Virus record (IMG/VR): IMGVR_UViG_3300025362_000005
Span: 1-64,000 of that record
Length of the DNA stretch: 64,000 nt
From: a virus
Reading direction: 5' to 3' (one strand)
Shown: positions 26,589 through 37,077 of the stretch, one piece after another
Position numbering within the stretch: the first letter of the stretch is position 1
Layout: every line of letters begins with the position of its first letter
Made by a program: the position numbers and the translations under genes
The notes under the pieces: model-generated
Database searches by the model: none
Told to the model about the DNA's origin: nothing
The model's input: the letters and a program-made list of their open reading frames with translations, nothing else

Positions 26589-27679
26589 TTTAATGCCTTT
26601 ATTGCCTCTTGTGCAACTACCACCATTGCTTGAGCATCAATAAGAGCTTTTTCAGCAATAGCTTTTTCTGGACTTATTACAGGAGTTGTTACAGGAGTTG
26701 TTACAGGAGAAGCAAACAACCATTCCTCACCATCAGTATCCGTAAAATAACCCTCAGTAAATGAATGAATATCTTCTACACATTCACAGCTTTCTTCATC
26801 AAGAATATTATTTACATCAGATACCCAACAACTAATAACTTCATCACGCGGAATAGCTTTCAACCAATCAGGAAAATCTTCTATTTTTGTGGTAGTATAT
26901 GATGGGATTAGTTTAATGTTTGGAGGATTTTTCACTTCCACATACCCTGTGTCATCACGTTTTACCCATACAGTGCTTTTTTCTACTTTTTCAACCACTC
27001 CTGTATCTCCTTTACTTCCATTATACCCACCACTATCACCATCATTAGTGTACACTACTCTATCACCTTTCTTAAACACATCGTCCTCCTCTGTTATTAA
27101 ATCAATTCTGAATTCATACATATTAAGTACTCGCCCTTTGTCTGTTTTTATGTTCACAAATGGCATACCTTTATTACTACCTGTACCTACATCACCATCG
27201 TATTTTACAAATGTAGCCTTTTCACCCGCTTCAATAGCCCCGTACTTACAATTTATTACTACTCTGTCACCTGCTTTGAACCTCATAATTTCTCCTTTGT
27301 TATTAAATATTCTATGCATTAATTTCAATGAATCAAACATGTTTTTGCCCACAGCTTTTATTTCTTGGGGTATAGTGCTTTGTACCCCTCCAATAAATTT
27401 AGACGCTATTTCACAATTCTTATATATGTCGGGAATAGGTAGGGGTTCATCTATTACAACATTTGTGTATGATTGTCCTTTCATGAGGGGTACTGCTTCA
27501 AACCATGATTCACGCACATGATTTTCATTTAGCCATTTATTTGCATATTTTAATGATTCTTGATCGTTTTCACAACCCTTAGACAATGCATATAATGGAC
27601 AATCATCACAGGCATAGCCATAATTATCACACGTGCCTTCCCTTGCTTTAATGTCTTCAACTATTTCTCTGTTTGTCAT
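26585..27679 (-). CDS. modular hypothetical protein (Cys module + two SH3/KOW-like modules)
   Basis: C..C..CP module, FKAGDRVV and FKKGDRVVY repeats, C-terminus shared with 11614..12276. Confidence 0.6.
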   Translation of the reverse strand: MTNREIVEDIKAREGTCDNYGYACDDCPLYALSKGCENDQESLKYANKWLNENHVRESWFEAVPLMKGQSYTNVVIDEPLPIPDIYKNCEIASKFIGGVQSTIPQEIKAVGKNMFDSLKLMHRIFNNKGEIMRFKAGDRVVINCKYGAIEAGEKATFVKYDGDVGTGSNKGMPFVNIKTDKGRVLNMYEFRIDLITEEDDVFKKGDRVVYTNDGDSGGYNGSKGDTGVVEKVEKSTVWVKRDDTGYVEVKNPPNIKLIPSYTTTKIEDFPDWLKAIPRDEVISCWVSDVNNILDEESCECVEDIHSFTEGYFTDTDGEEWLFASPVTTPVTTPVISPEKAIAEKALIDAQAMVVVAQEAIKALK

Positions 27680-27876
27680 ATGTTCTCCCCCATAATATCA
27701 TCGTAATATTTGGACACTGCTTTTCTTATATTGTAAGAAGGGTATCTCACCCTTATTGCCTTTGCTATTTTAGTCAGCTCTCTCTTACCTTTATCAGTAG
27801 TTAAATGCCCACAAAAGTTCTTAACAAAATCTTCTGTTGCACCAACATCCTTATCAAACAATTCTTCTTTAGTCAT
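27676..27876 (-). CDS. hypothetical protein
   Basis: GGAG RBS before MTKEEL. Confidence 0.5.
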   Translation of the reverse strand: MTKEELFDKDVGATEDFVKNFCGHLTTDKGKRELTKIAKAIRVRYPSYNIRKAVSKYYDDIMGENI

Positions 27877-27889
27877 ATGTTCTCCTTGT

Positions 27890-28168
27890 TTAAAGTGGAT
27901 AATTTCCCACTGTTTTTGGAATATGTAATGATTCTTTGATTGAATAATGTACATAATCAGCATCAGTTACACAAGAAGAAGGTATAGAAGCACTCCTACT
28001 TTCAATACAACTCATGTCATTTACATCTTCTTGATAAATTGGCTTTACATCTGTCATTATTGTCATTATCCCTTTATTTATTTTTGAAAAACAAATATAC
28101 ATTCCTGTAAAATCAGCCCACTCCTGTAATGAGTGTTTTGTATATCCTAATTCTGGTAGTAATTTCAT
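27890..28168 (-). CDS. hypothetical protein
   Basis: ORF with RBS. Confidence 0.5.
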   Translation of the reverse strand: MKLLPELGYTKHSLQEWADFTGMYICFSKINKGIMTIMTDVKPIYQEDVNDMSCIESRSASIPSSCVTDADYVHYSIKESLHIPKTVGNYPL

Positions 28169-28203
28169 TGGTTCTCCTTGTAATCTAAATCAAGTATACT
28201 GTA

Positions 28204-29085
28204 TCAGCCAAACTTTGTCAATAGCTGATTCATGTATTCTTGAGATTGTTTTTCACTTAGTTCTCCGGGGTCGTTTACGCCACACTCTGCTAGTAGGGTG
28301 TTATTGACAGATACTGAGCATCCCATCATGTCCAGCTCGATTGCTAGTTTATTTGCTGATCTTTGGGCTGGTTTTTCGTTATCAAAAAGGATGATTGTGT
28401 GTTTGTCTAGTCTAGCAATTTCATAAGATTGGGCTTTGGTATATGATGTACCGAACGTACATACGCTATTGTCTCCTAAACGCCAGACATCGGTTATACC
28501 CTCTACGATTACAATTACATTATTAAAAATATTGTCAATATTATATAAAATCTCCTTATTATTCATTATGGCTGACTCTAAAGGACAGTTTTTGTAAAAC
28601 TTTTGCCTAACGTCTCTTTCCTGAAAGGATACGATTTGATGTTGGTAGTACACTGGTATTACTATTTTATAACCATCGCTACGCAAATCGTACTTGGTTT
28701 TGATGACCCCTGCATTAAACCCCCTACTTCTCAAGAAATCTCCGTGACTCTTTTTGATTGGTTTATTAGAAATTTTGAATTCTGATTTCTTTATAGTTTG
28801 GGCTTTATCAACATAGACAACGTCATCACTTGAATACTCAGCAATTATCTTATACGCTTCTTTAGCACTTACATTGAGTATATCTTGTATATAGTTGTTT
28901 AGTGAGTGCCACCCCGTTTTCCAGCTTGAAAGGTATCCCTTGCTTTTGTGAAAACCGAGGTGGTATGAGGTGTCATTTACAGCATAGATGTCCATCAGCC
29001 CAACATAGTTTTGAGAGATGTTCTTGCCTGTTAATGAGTAAAGAATTGAGTGGTCGTCACAGAATTGTACCATATCAAAGGCCAT
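28204..29085 (-). CDS. DNA primase (TOPRIM)
   Basis: FLRSRG, IVIP, FQER, LYN, IVEGITDV, FGT, FDNE, DPGEL. Confidence 0.88.
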   Translation of the reverse strand: MAFDMVQFCDDHSILYSLTGKNISQNYVGLMDIYAVNDTSYHLGFHKSKGYLSSWKTGWHSLNNYIQDILNVSAKEAYKIIAEYSSDDVVYVDKAQTIKKSEFKISNKPIKKSHGDFLRSRGFNAGVIKTKYDLRSDGYKIVIPVYYQHQIVSFQERDVRQKFYKNCPLESAIMNNKEILYNIDNIFNNVIVIVEGITDVWRLGDNSVCTFGTSYTKAQSYEIARLDKHTIILFDNEKPAQRSANKLAIELDMMGCSVSVNNTLLAECGVNDPGELSEKQSQEYMNQLLTKFG

Positions 29086-29540
29086 AATTGTTCTTCCTAT
29101 TTGTTTCTATTAGTAGTAACACTAGATGAGTAACTGATTCTCAACCAACCACACAGTATCTTTTATGATTTAAATTGAAGTAGTAACACTATACTATTGT
29201 ATATTCATTACTATAGGTGTCCCAACACATAACGTGAATTAGTTACTTCCACATCCCAACCGTGCACACACAATATCGTTTATTTAACAACACTAGGGTT
29301 TTTCTTCTGGTATCTATACTAGCATTTTTATTTCTTAGGGTTCCCTAGTCTAATTGCCTACCCTATTCCACGTATTTCGTAACTGTGCTTACCCGTAACG
29401 ATCAGGACATAAAAAAGACTATATATAGCCCCTTTGGGAACTACCCCTGTCAACCAATAGTATAAAACTGACAAGAGGCTACATATAATCTCTATGACAT
29501 ACTATTTATTAACACAGGGTAGTTAATTCCTGATAACTAT

Positions 29541-29569
29541 ACTATATAACAATTATTAAATTTCATCAA
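29541..29569 (-). promoter_or_regulatory. sigma70-like promoter upstream of a structured leader and primase
   Basis: TTGATG-17-TATAGT; flanks nearly identical to the promoter at ~42420-42448. Confidence 0.55.
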
Positions 29570-29576
29570 GGTACCT

Positions 29577-30062
29577 CTAGGGTCTCCACTTTTCACTGTA
29601 ATCATCACTTTTCCCATCATTACAGCGTTTACATAAAATTTGCAAATTTTCTATATTATAGGAAAATTCTGATTCGGGGTGAGCACTGCGAGGTACAATG
29701 TGGTCTACAGTCAATTTAGCACCATCTTCAACCCCTCTTCCGCAAAGACAGCATTTACGACCATACTTAATAAACGCCTCCACCCGTAGCTTCTTCCACC
29801 TCTTACTTGAATAAAAGTCCGTTTTAGCCTTTGGTTTTGGCTTTGTCTCTACAGGTTTACACCCTTTAAAATTACTAACACTATTTATATGTGCCCATAA
29901 ACAACTACACACATTTGATTTAAGCGCATGATTGCCTGTAAGATGTCTATAAATTTTTATAAGGGTTTTGTTGCTGACATTATTATTAGTTGTACATAAC
30001 CCCTTCTTGAAAACCCAATTTACTATCATCTGACGCCGTTCTGCGGTTATTTTATGACTCAC
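29577..30062 (-). CDS. HNH endonuclease
   Basis: FYSS.RW.KLR, C.LCG, VDHIVPRS, NLQILC..CN.GK. Confidence 0.9.
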   Translation of the reverse strand: MSHKITAERRQMIVNWVFKKGLCTTNNNVSNKTLIKIYRHLTGNHALKSNVCSCLWAHINSVSNFKGCKPVETKPKPKAKTDFYSSKRWKKLRVEAFIKYGRKCCLCGRGVEDGAKLTVDHIVPRSAHPESEFSYNIENLQILCKRCNDGKSDDYSEKWRP

Positions 30063-30072
30063 ATATACCCCT

Positions 30073-31086
30073 TTAGTTAAATAACGTATCCACTATTTTC
30101 TTAGCACTTAACAACCTTTCTAAATATGTGCCTGTAATTATATGACAAGGCATATGTCTCCTCGTGTACATATCTTTTAAAGTACGGTTATTTCGTTCTC
30201 TCTCAGCAACCTCTCCTTGGAATCTTAACCCATCATCTACCCACGGCACATCTGGCTCTAAATATAATATGAGATCAAACTCTTGCTGATCAATAATGTT
30301 CTCAACCACCTTAGAGGTTCTGTCATGATACATTCCCAAATAGTACTGTGTGATAACTGCATCAGAATCAACAAACAATATTTTATTGCTTTCATACGCT
30401 AATTTATTTTGTAGTAGTATATGTTCCATTGCTATTTGTGGAAACATTTCGGTTGTTAGATTGTTTTTATACCGCTTGCAGTAGTCACGTCCGACTTCAT
30501 GACAGTAATTAGTGTAGTAAAGATTAGCAAGCTGTTTTGTTAACGTACTCTTACCACAGCTCTCTGTGCCCACAATAGCTACTTTTTTAGTAAAGAACTG
30601 CCGTGCTGATTTTGTTAAATACTCCCAATTACTGTATATATCTTTTTTTATTTCCGTAGCACTTATGTTTACCGTGTCGCGCCTGCTATCAATTACAATG
30701 TGTTCAGCATTTGGGTAATACTGGGCAAAGAAAGGGGTATAACTGTGTTCTGAACTAAATACATGAGTGATGGGTTCAACTATAATATTCCTTACATCCC
30801 TAGTACCATTTTCCCAATCGTATTCAGACTCATCAGCACTACAGGTATCGACAATTTCCACTACTTCTATGTTTTCAAAATTATTTAGTTCTTCACTTAT
30901 CCATGATTTTCTCGTACTACCCGAAATATACTTAATACCTGCTCGTTCACATAATGCCCGATCTCGTTTTATCGAAGAAATCAATACAACATATAGTTTA
31001 TCCACAAAGTTGCTTGCGTACATTATAGCATATAAATGACCAATATGGAAAGGCAGGAATTTACCACCGATAAAACCTGTTTTCAT
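30073..31086 (-). CDS. nadR: NadR-like NMN adenylyltransferase / ribosylnicotinamide kinase (no HTH)
   Basis: GKFLPFHIGH, ISATEI, GTESCGKSTL, E.GR.Y, DSD, PWVDDGLR. Confidence 0.93.
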   Translation of the reverse strand: MKTGFIGGKFLPFHIGHLYAIMYASNFVDKLYVVLISSIKRDRALCERAGIKYISGSTRKSWISEELNNFENIEVVEIVDTCSADESEYDWENGTRDVRNIIVEPITHVFSSEHSYTPFFAQYYPNAEHIVIDSRRDTVNISATEIKKDIYSNWEYLTKSARQFFTKKVAIVGTESCGKSTLTKQLANLYYTNYCHEVGRDYCKRYKNNLTTEMFPQIAMEHILLQNKLAYESNKILFVDSDAVITQYYLGMYHDRTSKVVENIIDQQEFDLILYLEPDVPWVDDGLRFQGEVAERERNNRTLKDMYTRRHMPCHIITGTYLERLLSAKKIVDTLFN

Positions 31087-31940
31087 TATTTACTCCTCTT
31101 TTTATTTTTACTTCTGCCCTGAGTATATTCTATAGGGCATTCATATCGCATCACATCTTCTTTGCCGTTAGTAAACCATTTTTTCCCTTTATTTACACAT
31201 GTTTGTCCTTTTAGAGCATTACTAATCTTTTTCTTGTGTTCTTCACTGTGTGGCTTACCTTTATTAGCTTTTAATAACGCTTCTTTTACCGAGTCAGGCA
31301 TTGCATGCCCCTTTAAAGCATTACTTATTTTCTGTCTGACATCTTCTGGGGGGTTATTCCCATAAAGGTGGTGTTCCTTTCCCCTTTTATACTCTCTATT
31401 TTTTGCTCTAATTATTAAATTTTTTCTATGCTCTTTAGTAATTAACCTTCCTAGAGTAAACCCATTAGGGCACCCTCCCTTAGTATATATATTCGTTATT
31501 CCATCATTATAATATTTCTTCCCTAAATTTGGATTGTCATTTTCTATATACCAATTTCTTATTTTTTCAGAAGCCCTTTTCAATCTATCAGGGTCTCTAT
31601 TCTCTTTTAGTCTTGACTTTGAAAACCCTTTTTTAAGACGCTCATATTCTTTGGAATTCCTTACACAATAATTATTCTGACCATCGTTTGCTAACCACCA
31701 TAAAGACATAAACATCCCTATTCCCGGATATATTTTATCTAACAATTGATGACAGATATAGTGCTCTCGTGCTGTTAATAACGTAATATTTCCTTTTCTC
31801 TTTGCCCAAAGGGGAAACAATGATTTTGGTAAAATATGGTGTTTTTCATAGTAATTCCCCTCTTTCTTTTTAACCCCCCTTTCTTTTTTATTTTTAATCG
31901 AATTTCTTATTATAGAAATATAAATCTTCCTGTATTCCAT
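31086..31940 (-). mobile_element. free-standing HNH/NUMOD3 homing endonuclease
   Basis: YYEKHHILPKS...LTAREHYICHQLL plus HSEEHKKKIS NUMOD3 repeats; sits between pnuC and nadR. Confidence 0.85.
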
Positions 31941-31992
31941 TCCCTCTCCTATACAAATTGTTTAGTTTGTATATATAATAATACAAAAACGT

Positions 31993-32754
31993 TTATTTAC
32001 TAGACCCCTTCAGCCAATTAACATAACCATAGGTAGCATTTACTAAAAATGCAATCCACATTAATAAGATTCCTATTGCAAAAAGCCCACCTTCGTTTAT
32101 AACTATGTTAGCCCACATATATACCGTTACCAAATCCACAATTATCCACAAAATCCATTGCTCGGCATATAAATAAGCCATTAATATCATTGCAATAACA
32201 GATAACACGGTACTCATGGAGTCAAAATAAGGAGTTAGTCCCCCCATGGCTTTTAATATAACACCATACCCTATTACACCAATAATAGATACTATTCCCC
32301 ATGTTACTGCACCACGTATACTCAGTCGCTTCATTACTACCGTGTCTTTAGCTTCTACATTCTTTGGAGAAACCCACAAATACCATCCATAAAACTGCAT
32401 AGGTAGAAAATAGAATGCGTTAAGCATAGCATCCCCATATAATCGCCATAAATAAGCAGAATATGCATACGCAATTACATTTATTAACCCAAACACGTAA
32501 TTACTTATACGTCCTTTGGCGACAAGTATTACACACCATATACCTGTTATGCTTGAAACCAGTGCTACCCATGACGCAAGTGCATTTGTGGTATCCCATG
32601 TGAAAATAGATGCCACGAGTATAACTACTGTTGAAACACTTATCCACAGTTTTTCCCATAGTGTCCAATCACGGAAATAGTCTGCAACAGTTACCCCTTT
32701 CTGTGCACGGAAATAATTCTTGCTATTGTCTATAAAATTCCTACATACTTTCAT
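31993..32754 (-). CDS. pnuC: nicotinamide riboside transporter PnuC
   Basis: About 8 TM helices, GRISNY.FGL, Q.YGWY.W, PYFDS, EQW..WI.VD, G..NW. Confidence 0.93.
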   Translation of the reverse strand: MKVCRNFIDNSKNYFRAQKGVTVADYFRDWTLWEKLWISVSTVVILVASIFTWDTTNALASWVALVSSITGIWCVILVAKGRISNYVFGLINVIAYAYSAYLWRLYGDAMLNAFYFLPMQFYGWYLWVSPKNVEAKDTVVMKRLSIRGAVTWGIVSIIGVIGYGVILKAMGGLTPYFDSMSTVLSVIAMILMAYLYAEQWILWIIVDLVTVYMWANIVINEGGLFAIGILLMWIAFLVNATYGYVNWLKGSSK

Positions 32755-32772
32755 AATTTCTCCTATTATATT

Positions 32773-33081
32773 CTATCTAACAAAGTAAAACCCTATCCAC
32801 GCCAATCCCCAAACTATAAATGGTTTCATTATTGCTTGTGCAAGTTTTTGCAAGTTTTCCTCTGTAGATTCATCAACATGTATTGCCTCTAGTTTACTAA
32901 ACATCATTTGTATAGCCATGATAAAGAAAGTCACACCTACTGCATACCAATATGTTATAAGAGGTGTGTTCACCCACAACACTATATAGTGATTGTATAC
33001 CCACATTATAGGTAATGCCCATAACAGATATATAGAAAATGCAAACAACGCCCCTACTACAAATTTACCAATTATTTTCAT
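32773..33081 (-). CDS. membrane protein
   Basis: Three hydrophobic segments. Confidence 0.6.
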   Translation of the reverse strand: MKIIGKFVVGALFAFSIYLLWALPIMWVYNHYIVLWVNTPLITYWYAVGVTFFIMAIQMMFSKLEAIHVDESTEENLQKLAQAIMKPFIVWGLAWIGFYFVR

Positions 33082-33410
33082 TTTGTCTCCTTATTTAACA
33101 ACTTTAATGCACTATTTAGACAATTTCTACACACTTTTATTACTTTCTTACCGCCTCTTAACGCCACTAATGCGTCTGCATCTTTATGACACTCATCACA
33201 AAGGTAGTCTGTCCAACTATGGTTTCCAATAATGTCGTCTATTTGTTTTCTATTAGGGGTTGCTCCTAATGCCACTAATTTATTATACACTGCTTCATCA
33301 GTTTTGATTATCCACCCCTCCCCTGTAAAATACATTGATTCCCATTGTTGTTTTTTAAACGTTTTTGCAATTATATTCAGCACACCTTCTTGCCTTGTTA
33401 TTACATGCAT
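33078..33410 (-). CDS. hypothetical zinc-finger protein
   Basis: SW...CDEC...C.NCL. Confidence 0.55.
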   Translation of the reverse strand: MHVITRQEGVLNIIAKTFKKQQWESMYFTGEGWIIKTDEAVYNKLVALGATPNRKQIDDIIGNHSWTDYLCDECHKDADALVALRGGKKVIKVCRNCLNSALKLLNKETK

Positions 33411-33411
33411 T

Positions 33412-33693
33412 TCAATCGTCCTTTTGATTATCAGACACTACAAGGCATTCACCTTCTTCAAGAATACGTACATTTCCACAAACATCATTTTTATGTTCTG
33501 CAACAAACGCTTGATCTGCCCATTCGCCTATTTCAATCCATCTGTATTTATCCCCTTTGTTTATAGGGGCTACATATTGTACTACCGTACCGCTGGGCAT
33601 TCCACCTAGGGTTAATACCTCTGCTAACTGCCCATCTTTCATTTCACTTAATGACACAATTTTGCTTTCTATTGATCTTTTCAATACTATCAT
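33412..33693 (-). CDS. hypothetical protein, paralogue of 24643..24897
   Basis: Shared motif pattern with 24643..24897. Confidence 0.55.
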   Translation of the reverse strand: MIVLKRSIESKIVSLSEMKDGQLAEVLTLGGMPSGTVVQYVAPINKGDKYRWIEIGEWADQAFVAEHKNDVCGNVRILEEGECLVVSDNQKDD

Positions 33694-33721
33694 CTCGTCC
33701 TCCTATTTCTTTCAGTGTATA

Positions 33722-35275
33722 CTATTTTCTATTTTTAGTCAAGTCCTTTACCAATTCTTTTAAGAAATTAATTTCATCTACTTCTTTACCGTCTATTATT
33801 TGCTCAACCATCTTTCTACTACGATCTAGTAAAGTCATTATTCGTTGCTCAATAGAATTCCTTGCCATAAAAACAAACACGTTTACATTTGCTTCTTGTC
33901 CAATTCTCCACAACCTGTCTGTTGCTTGATCAAAAGTAGTGCTTGTCCAAGGCAATTGTACAAATCCCACATTTGAACAAACCGCTTGAAAACCATCTAA
34001 ACCCGTTGCCATTGCCGCCGTATTCCCAATGATTAACTGCTTATCTCCTAGAAACTGTGCTTTGGCTTCGTCCTTCTGCTTTTGGCTCATGCCCCCATAG
34101 TATTTTACAGCAACATCTTTAAATGTTTCTTGTATATTTACAACAATTTTCCTGTGATTAGCAAACAATACTAGCTTTTCACCAGTACTTAAAAAATCTG
34201 TTATCCAAGCAATCATAGCATCTCGTTTACCTAAATATGCAAGATACTGTAAATATGTCATAGATGCTTTGCTTTGTAGATAATTACCCTCTCCAAACAC
34301 TTCCTTTATCGCTCGTTGTTTCTCTGTGTTATATTCTTCTAACACGGCTTTATCCATATCAAATAACAATGGAATCACTACTTTTGATGGCATGTCCATA
34401 GAATCTTCTTTTGTACGCCTTATCATAATATTAGCTAAATGCTCACGTAGCTCCTCTACATTTGACAACCCCGTCACATCCCAGCCATTGCGACCTATCT
34501 TTCTATCGCAGTAACGTGCAGTAAAATGAAAATAATCAGTAAAAACTACAGGATTTAAAATATGGAGAATTGGGTAAAATTGCGCCGTGTGAGATGCTAT
34601 GGGAGTTCCTGATAGCCCTAGTGTTCTGCCTATATTCATAGCTATAGCAGTGAAAGCCTTTGTACGCTGTGCTTTTGTATTACTTACAAACTGCACCTCA
34701 TCCCCTACTAAAATGCTAGCATTTAATGTCTTCAGCACCTTTTCATGATAACTTAGTATTTCGTAGTTTATAATAATATACTTACAACGTGGGATGTTAT
34801 AAGGCTTTTGTCCATAAACTATATGATAATCTGTGGAATCAACCCATTTAGTTATTTGATCACCCCACTGAGATTTTATCGAAGCTTGACAAACAATAAT
34901 AGTGCATTCAGCTTTTAGAAAGTGTTTTACATACAACAAAGCAATAGCAGTCTTTCCCATGCCCATCGAAAAACTCAATAAGCAATTGCCCTCAGTATTA
35001 TACAAAAACCGCAATGCCTCTAATTGTGCATTATACAAATTAGGAGGCAAAGTCTTCAATATCTTATCAGGAATTGGTTTGATTTCTAACCTTTTTATCT
35101 GTTGTACAAACCCACGTTTTTGCAATACCAACCTATTCATCTCAGTTTTTGGTATATTCCACGTCTTTGTTTTTGCCAGATATTTAGCATCTTCTAAAAA
35201 GTGAATGAGTTTCCCTATATCAGCCTTACGATGAACGGGTACAAAATACCCATTAGTGTGTTCAATAAAACGCAC
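33722..35275 (-). CDS. SNF2/SWI2-family helicase
   Basis: MGMGKT, INYE, DEVQ, LSGTP, MIRRTK, GLD, QATDRLWRIGQ. Confidence 0.9.
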   Translation of the reverse strand: MRFIEHTNGYFVPVHRKADIGKLIHFLEDAKYLAKTKTWNIPKTEMNRLVLQKRGFVQQIKRLEIKPIPDKILKTLPPNLYNAQLEALRFLYNTEGNCLLSFSMGMGKTAIALLYVKHFLKAECTIIVCQASIKSQWGDQITKWVDSTDYHIVYGQKPYNIPRCKYIIINYEILSYHEKVLKTLNASILVGDEVQFVSNTKAQRTKAFTAIAMNIGRTLGLSGTPIASHTAQFYPILHILNPVVFTDYFHFTARYCDRKIGRNGWDVTGLSNVEELREHLANIMIRRTKEDSMDMPSKVVIPLLFDMDKAVLEEYNTEKQRAIKEVFGEGNYLQSKASMTYLQYLAYLGKRDAMIAWITDFLSTGEKLVLFANHRKIVVNIQETFKDVAVKYYGGMSQKQKDEAKAQFLGDKQLIIGNTAAMATGLDGFQAVCSNVGFVQLPWTSTTFDQATDRLWRIGQEANVNVFVFMARNSIEQRIMTLLDRSRKMVEQIIDGKEVDEINFLKELVKDLTKNRK

Positions 35276-35667
35276 TAAGTGTTCTCTATAATAGTTTTCA
35301 ACATATTCACAACAGTGTATGCATTGCAGTCATAGTTCTCACTGTACTGTGTAATAATGTCATCTAAGGTTTTCTGGTTTTGTTCCTTACTAGCTACTGC
35401 TATTGTTGAACCCAACACAGCTATAGCAGTTTCCATATGCTGTTTAGACACATACCCTATAGTTATAGAAGGGGCGTCTGTAAACCTGTACGTGTAACTA
35501 CTAAAGTTATCAATAGTATCCACATCAATAACCACATCTTTCATTTGTTTAGCAAACCAATCAACACTAGCTTTTATTGCACGGTCATCAAATGACGTAT
35601 ATACATCTGTGCTTTTTAACAAAAACTCTATGTATCGCTTTAGCACTACACTACCTCTTTTAAACAA
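35275..35667 (-). CDS. hypothetical protein
   Basis: Packed ORF. Confidence 0.5.
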   Translation of the reverse strand: MFKRGSVVLKRYIEFLLKSTDVYTSFDDRAIKASVDWFAKQMKDVVIDVDTIDNFSSYTYRFTDAPSITIGYVSKQHMETAIAVLGSTIAVASKEQNQKTLDDIITQYSENYDCNAYTVVNMLKTIIENT

Positions 35668-35827
35668 GTGTCTATAAATTCATAACACTCTTTACGGGTA
35701 TCAAAACTCCCAAAATAATCTTTGCTTCGCCATATCTCCCACTTGCTGTTCACCGGGTTTTTAAATACACGAAATCCATTGTGTGTATACTTCGTAAATG
35801 TTTGAATTTTAAAATCGTTTGAACCAA

Positions 35828-36202
35828 TCATGTTGTCTCCTCTGGTATAGGTAGCCATTTAATAACATTTGTAGGTGAACCAAACTGAAAACTTGTGGGC
35901 TCAAAATAGCGTAGCCCCACCCATTCAATTATCTCATCACTGTCTTCATCCTGACTGACACCACGCATTATGGCTATTACGTTACCCTTTACCTCTGGTT
36001 TATTTTCAACACTTCGCCATGTAACCATACCAAGCAATTCATTTCGTTGGTTCTCATACAACTTACATCGTTTTGCCTTAGATATTCCCCAACGTTTTGT
36101 TATTGATAACATATCCTCATCACCACTTAGTTCTCGATACTCTTTAAGTAGTTCTGCATCCAATGCTTCTTCTTGCACTTTAAATCGTTTTTGTGTATTC
36201 AT
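35828..36202 (-). CDS. DUF551-like protein
   Basis: W.SVE.KP...V..W.P.PE pattern. Confidence 0.55.
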   Translation of the reverse strand: MNTQKRFKVQEEALDAELLKEYRELSGDEDMLSITKRWGISKAKRCKLYENQRNELLGMVTWRSVENKPEVKGNVIAIMRGVSQDEDSDEIIEWVGLRYFEPTSFQFGSPTNVIKWLPIPEETT

Positions 36203-36338
36203 GAGGTCTCCTTATACTTCTTTTTATCTTTATACGGTATTGCTTTCCAATCACTGCAACCATGCCCGCAATCATCATTGTGGAGTCCGTCATATCCGTG
36301 GTACTTTAACCATTGAACTAAAATACTTTTTGCTGTTA

Positions 36339-36644
36339 TCATACCGGTTCTCCTTGTATGGCTTCTGCTATTATTATATCTATATCATCTTCCGAAATAC
36401 CCTGCTCATTTTTATAGTAAGATAGTACGGATACAATCTTATTCAACGCTGTCAGTAGTGCTTGATTTTCTGATCTTAACTCTTTTATCTGCCTTCTTAA
36501 TGATGTTTCTACTGTTTTGAATAGAACTAAATCATTAGCCATTGTTTCGCCAGTATGTACATATCTAGGTTTACAAAATCCGCAATATTCATGCTCAGCT
36601 AAATTAAGGTTTACTCCACATCCTAAACAATATTTCTCACTCAT
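36339..36644 (-). CDS. hypothetical zinc-finger protein
   Basis: C..CG...YCGFC; RBS GGAGGGG before MSEK. Confidence 0.5.
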   Translation of the reverse strand: MSEKYCLGCGVNLNLAEHEYCGFCKPRYVHTGETMANDLVLFKTVETSLRRQIKELRSENQALLTALNKIVSVLSYYKNEQGISEDDIDIIIAEAIQGEPV

Positions 36645-36895
36645 TCCATCCCCTCCAATGCTAAATATTCCGGTGTATAACAATGGTTTGTTTTTATCGG
36701 TTTGCCATCTTCGGTAATGCCCTTGTCATATTCTTTTGCTCTTAGTACTCTGATGTCGGCATAATCAACATTTGTATAACACGCATCAAGTGCAGTTATC
36801 CTTGTTATATGTCGTGCCTTGCTTGCTGTTTCTGCGTAAACTATAGATACAACATCATCTAATTCTGTTCTAAATGCTCTTATCATCACATCCAC
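36641..36895 (-). CDS. hypothetical protein
   Basis: IVYAETASKAR...DIRV.RA..YD pattern. Confidence 0.55.
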   Translation of the reverse strand: MDVMIRAFRTELDDVVSIVYAETASKARHITRITALDACYTNVDYADIRVLRAKEYDKGITEDGKPIKTNHCYTPEYLALEGME

Positions 36896-37077
36896 TCCTT
36901 TTTATGGGTGTACCGACAAAACCGTTTTAATATCTTTTACTTCGCCATCTTCCCAACATAGTTCATCGTGAGTCTCTTCAACCTCTTCAATAGTTCCCTC
37001 TTTATCTAGTAATACAATTGCAATTTCTGTAACGGTTCTTGTTATCTTTGCTTTTACTCTTCTTGGTTTCGGTTCAT

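Noticed and set aside
31086-31992. Group I intron around the NUMOD3 endonuclease
   Set aside because: pnuC and nadR are both intact, and the flanks (52 bp and a 1-bp overlap) leave no room for an intron core.
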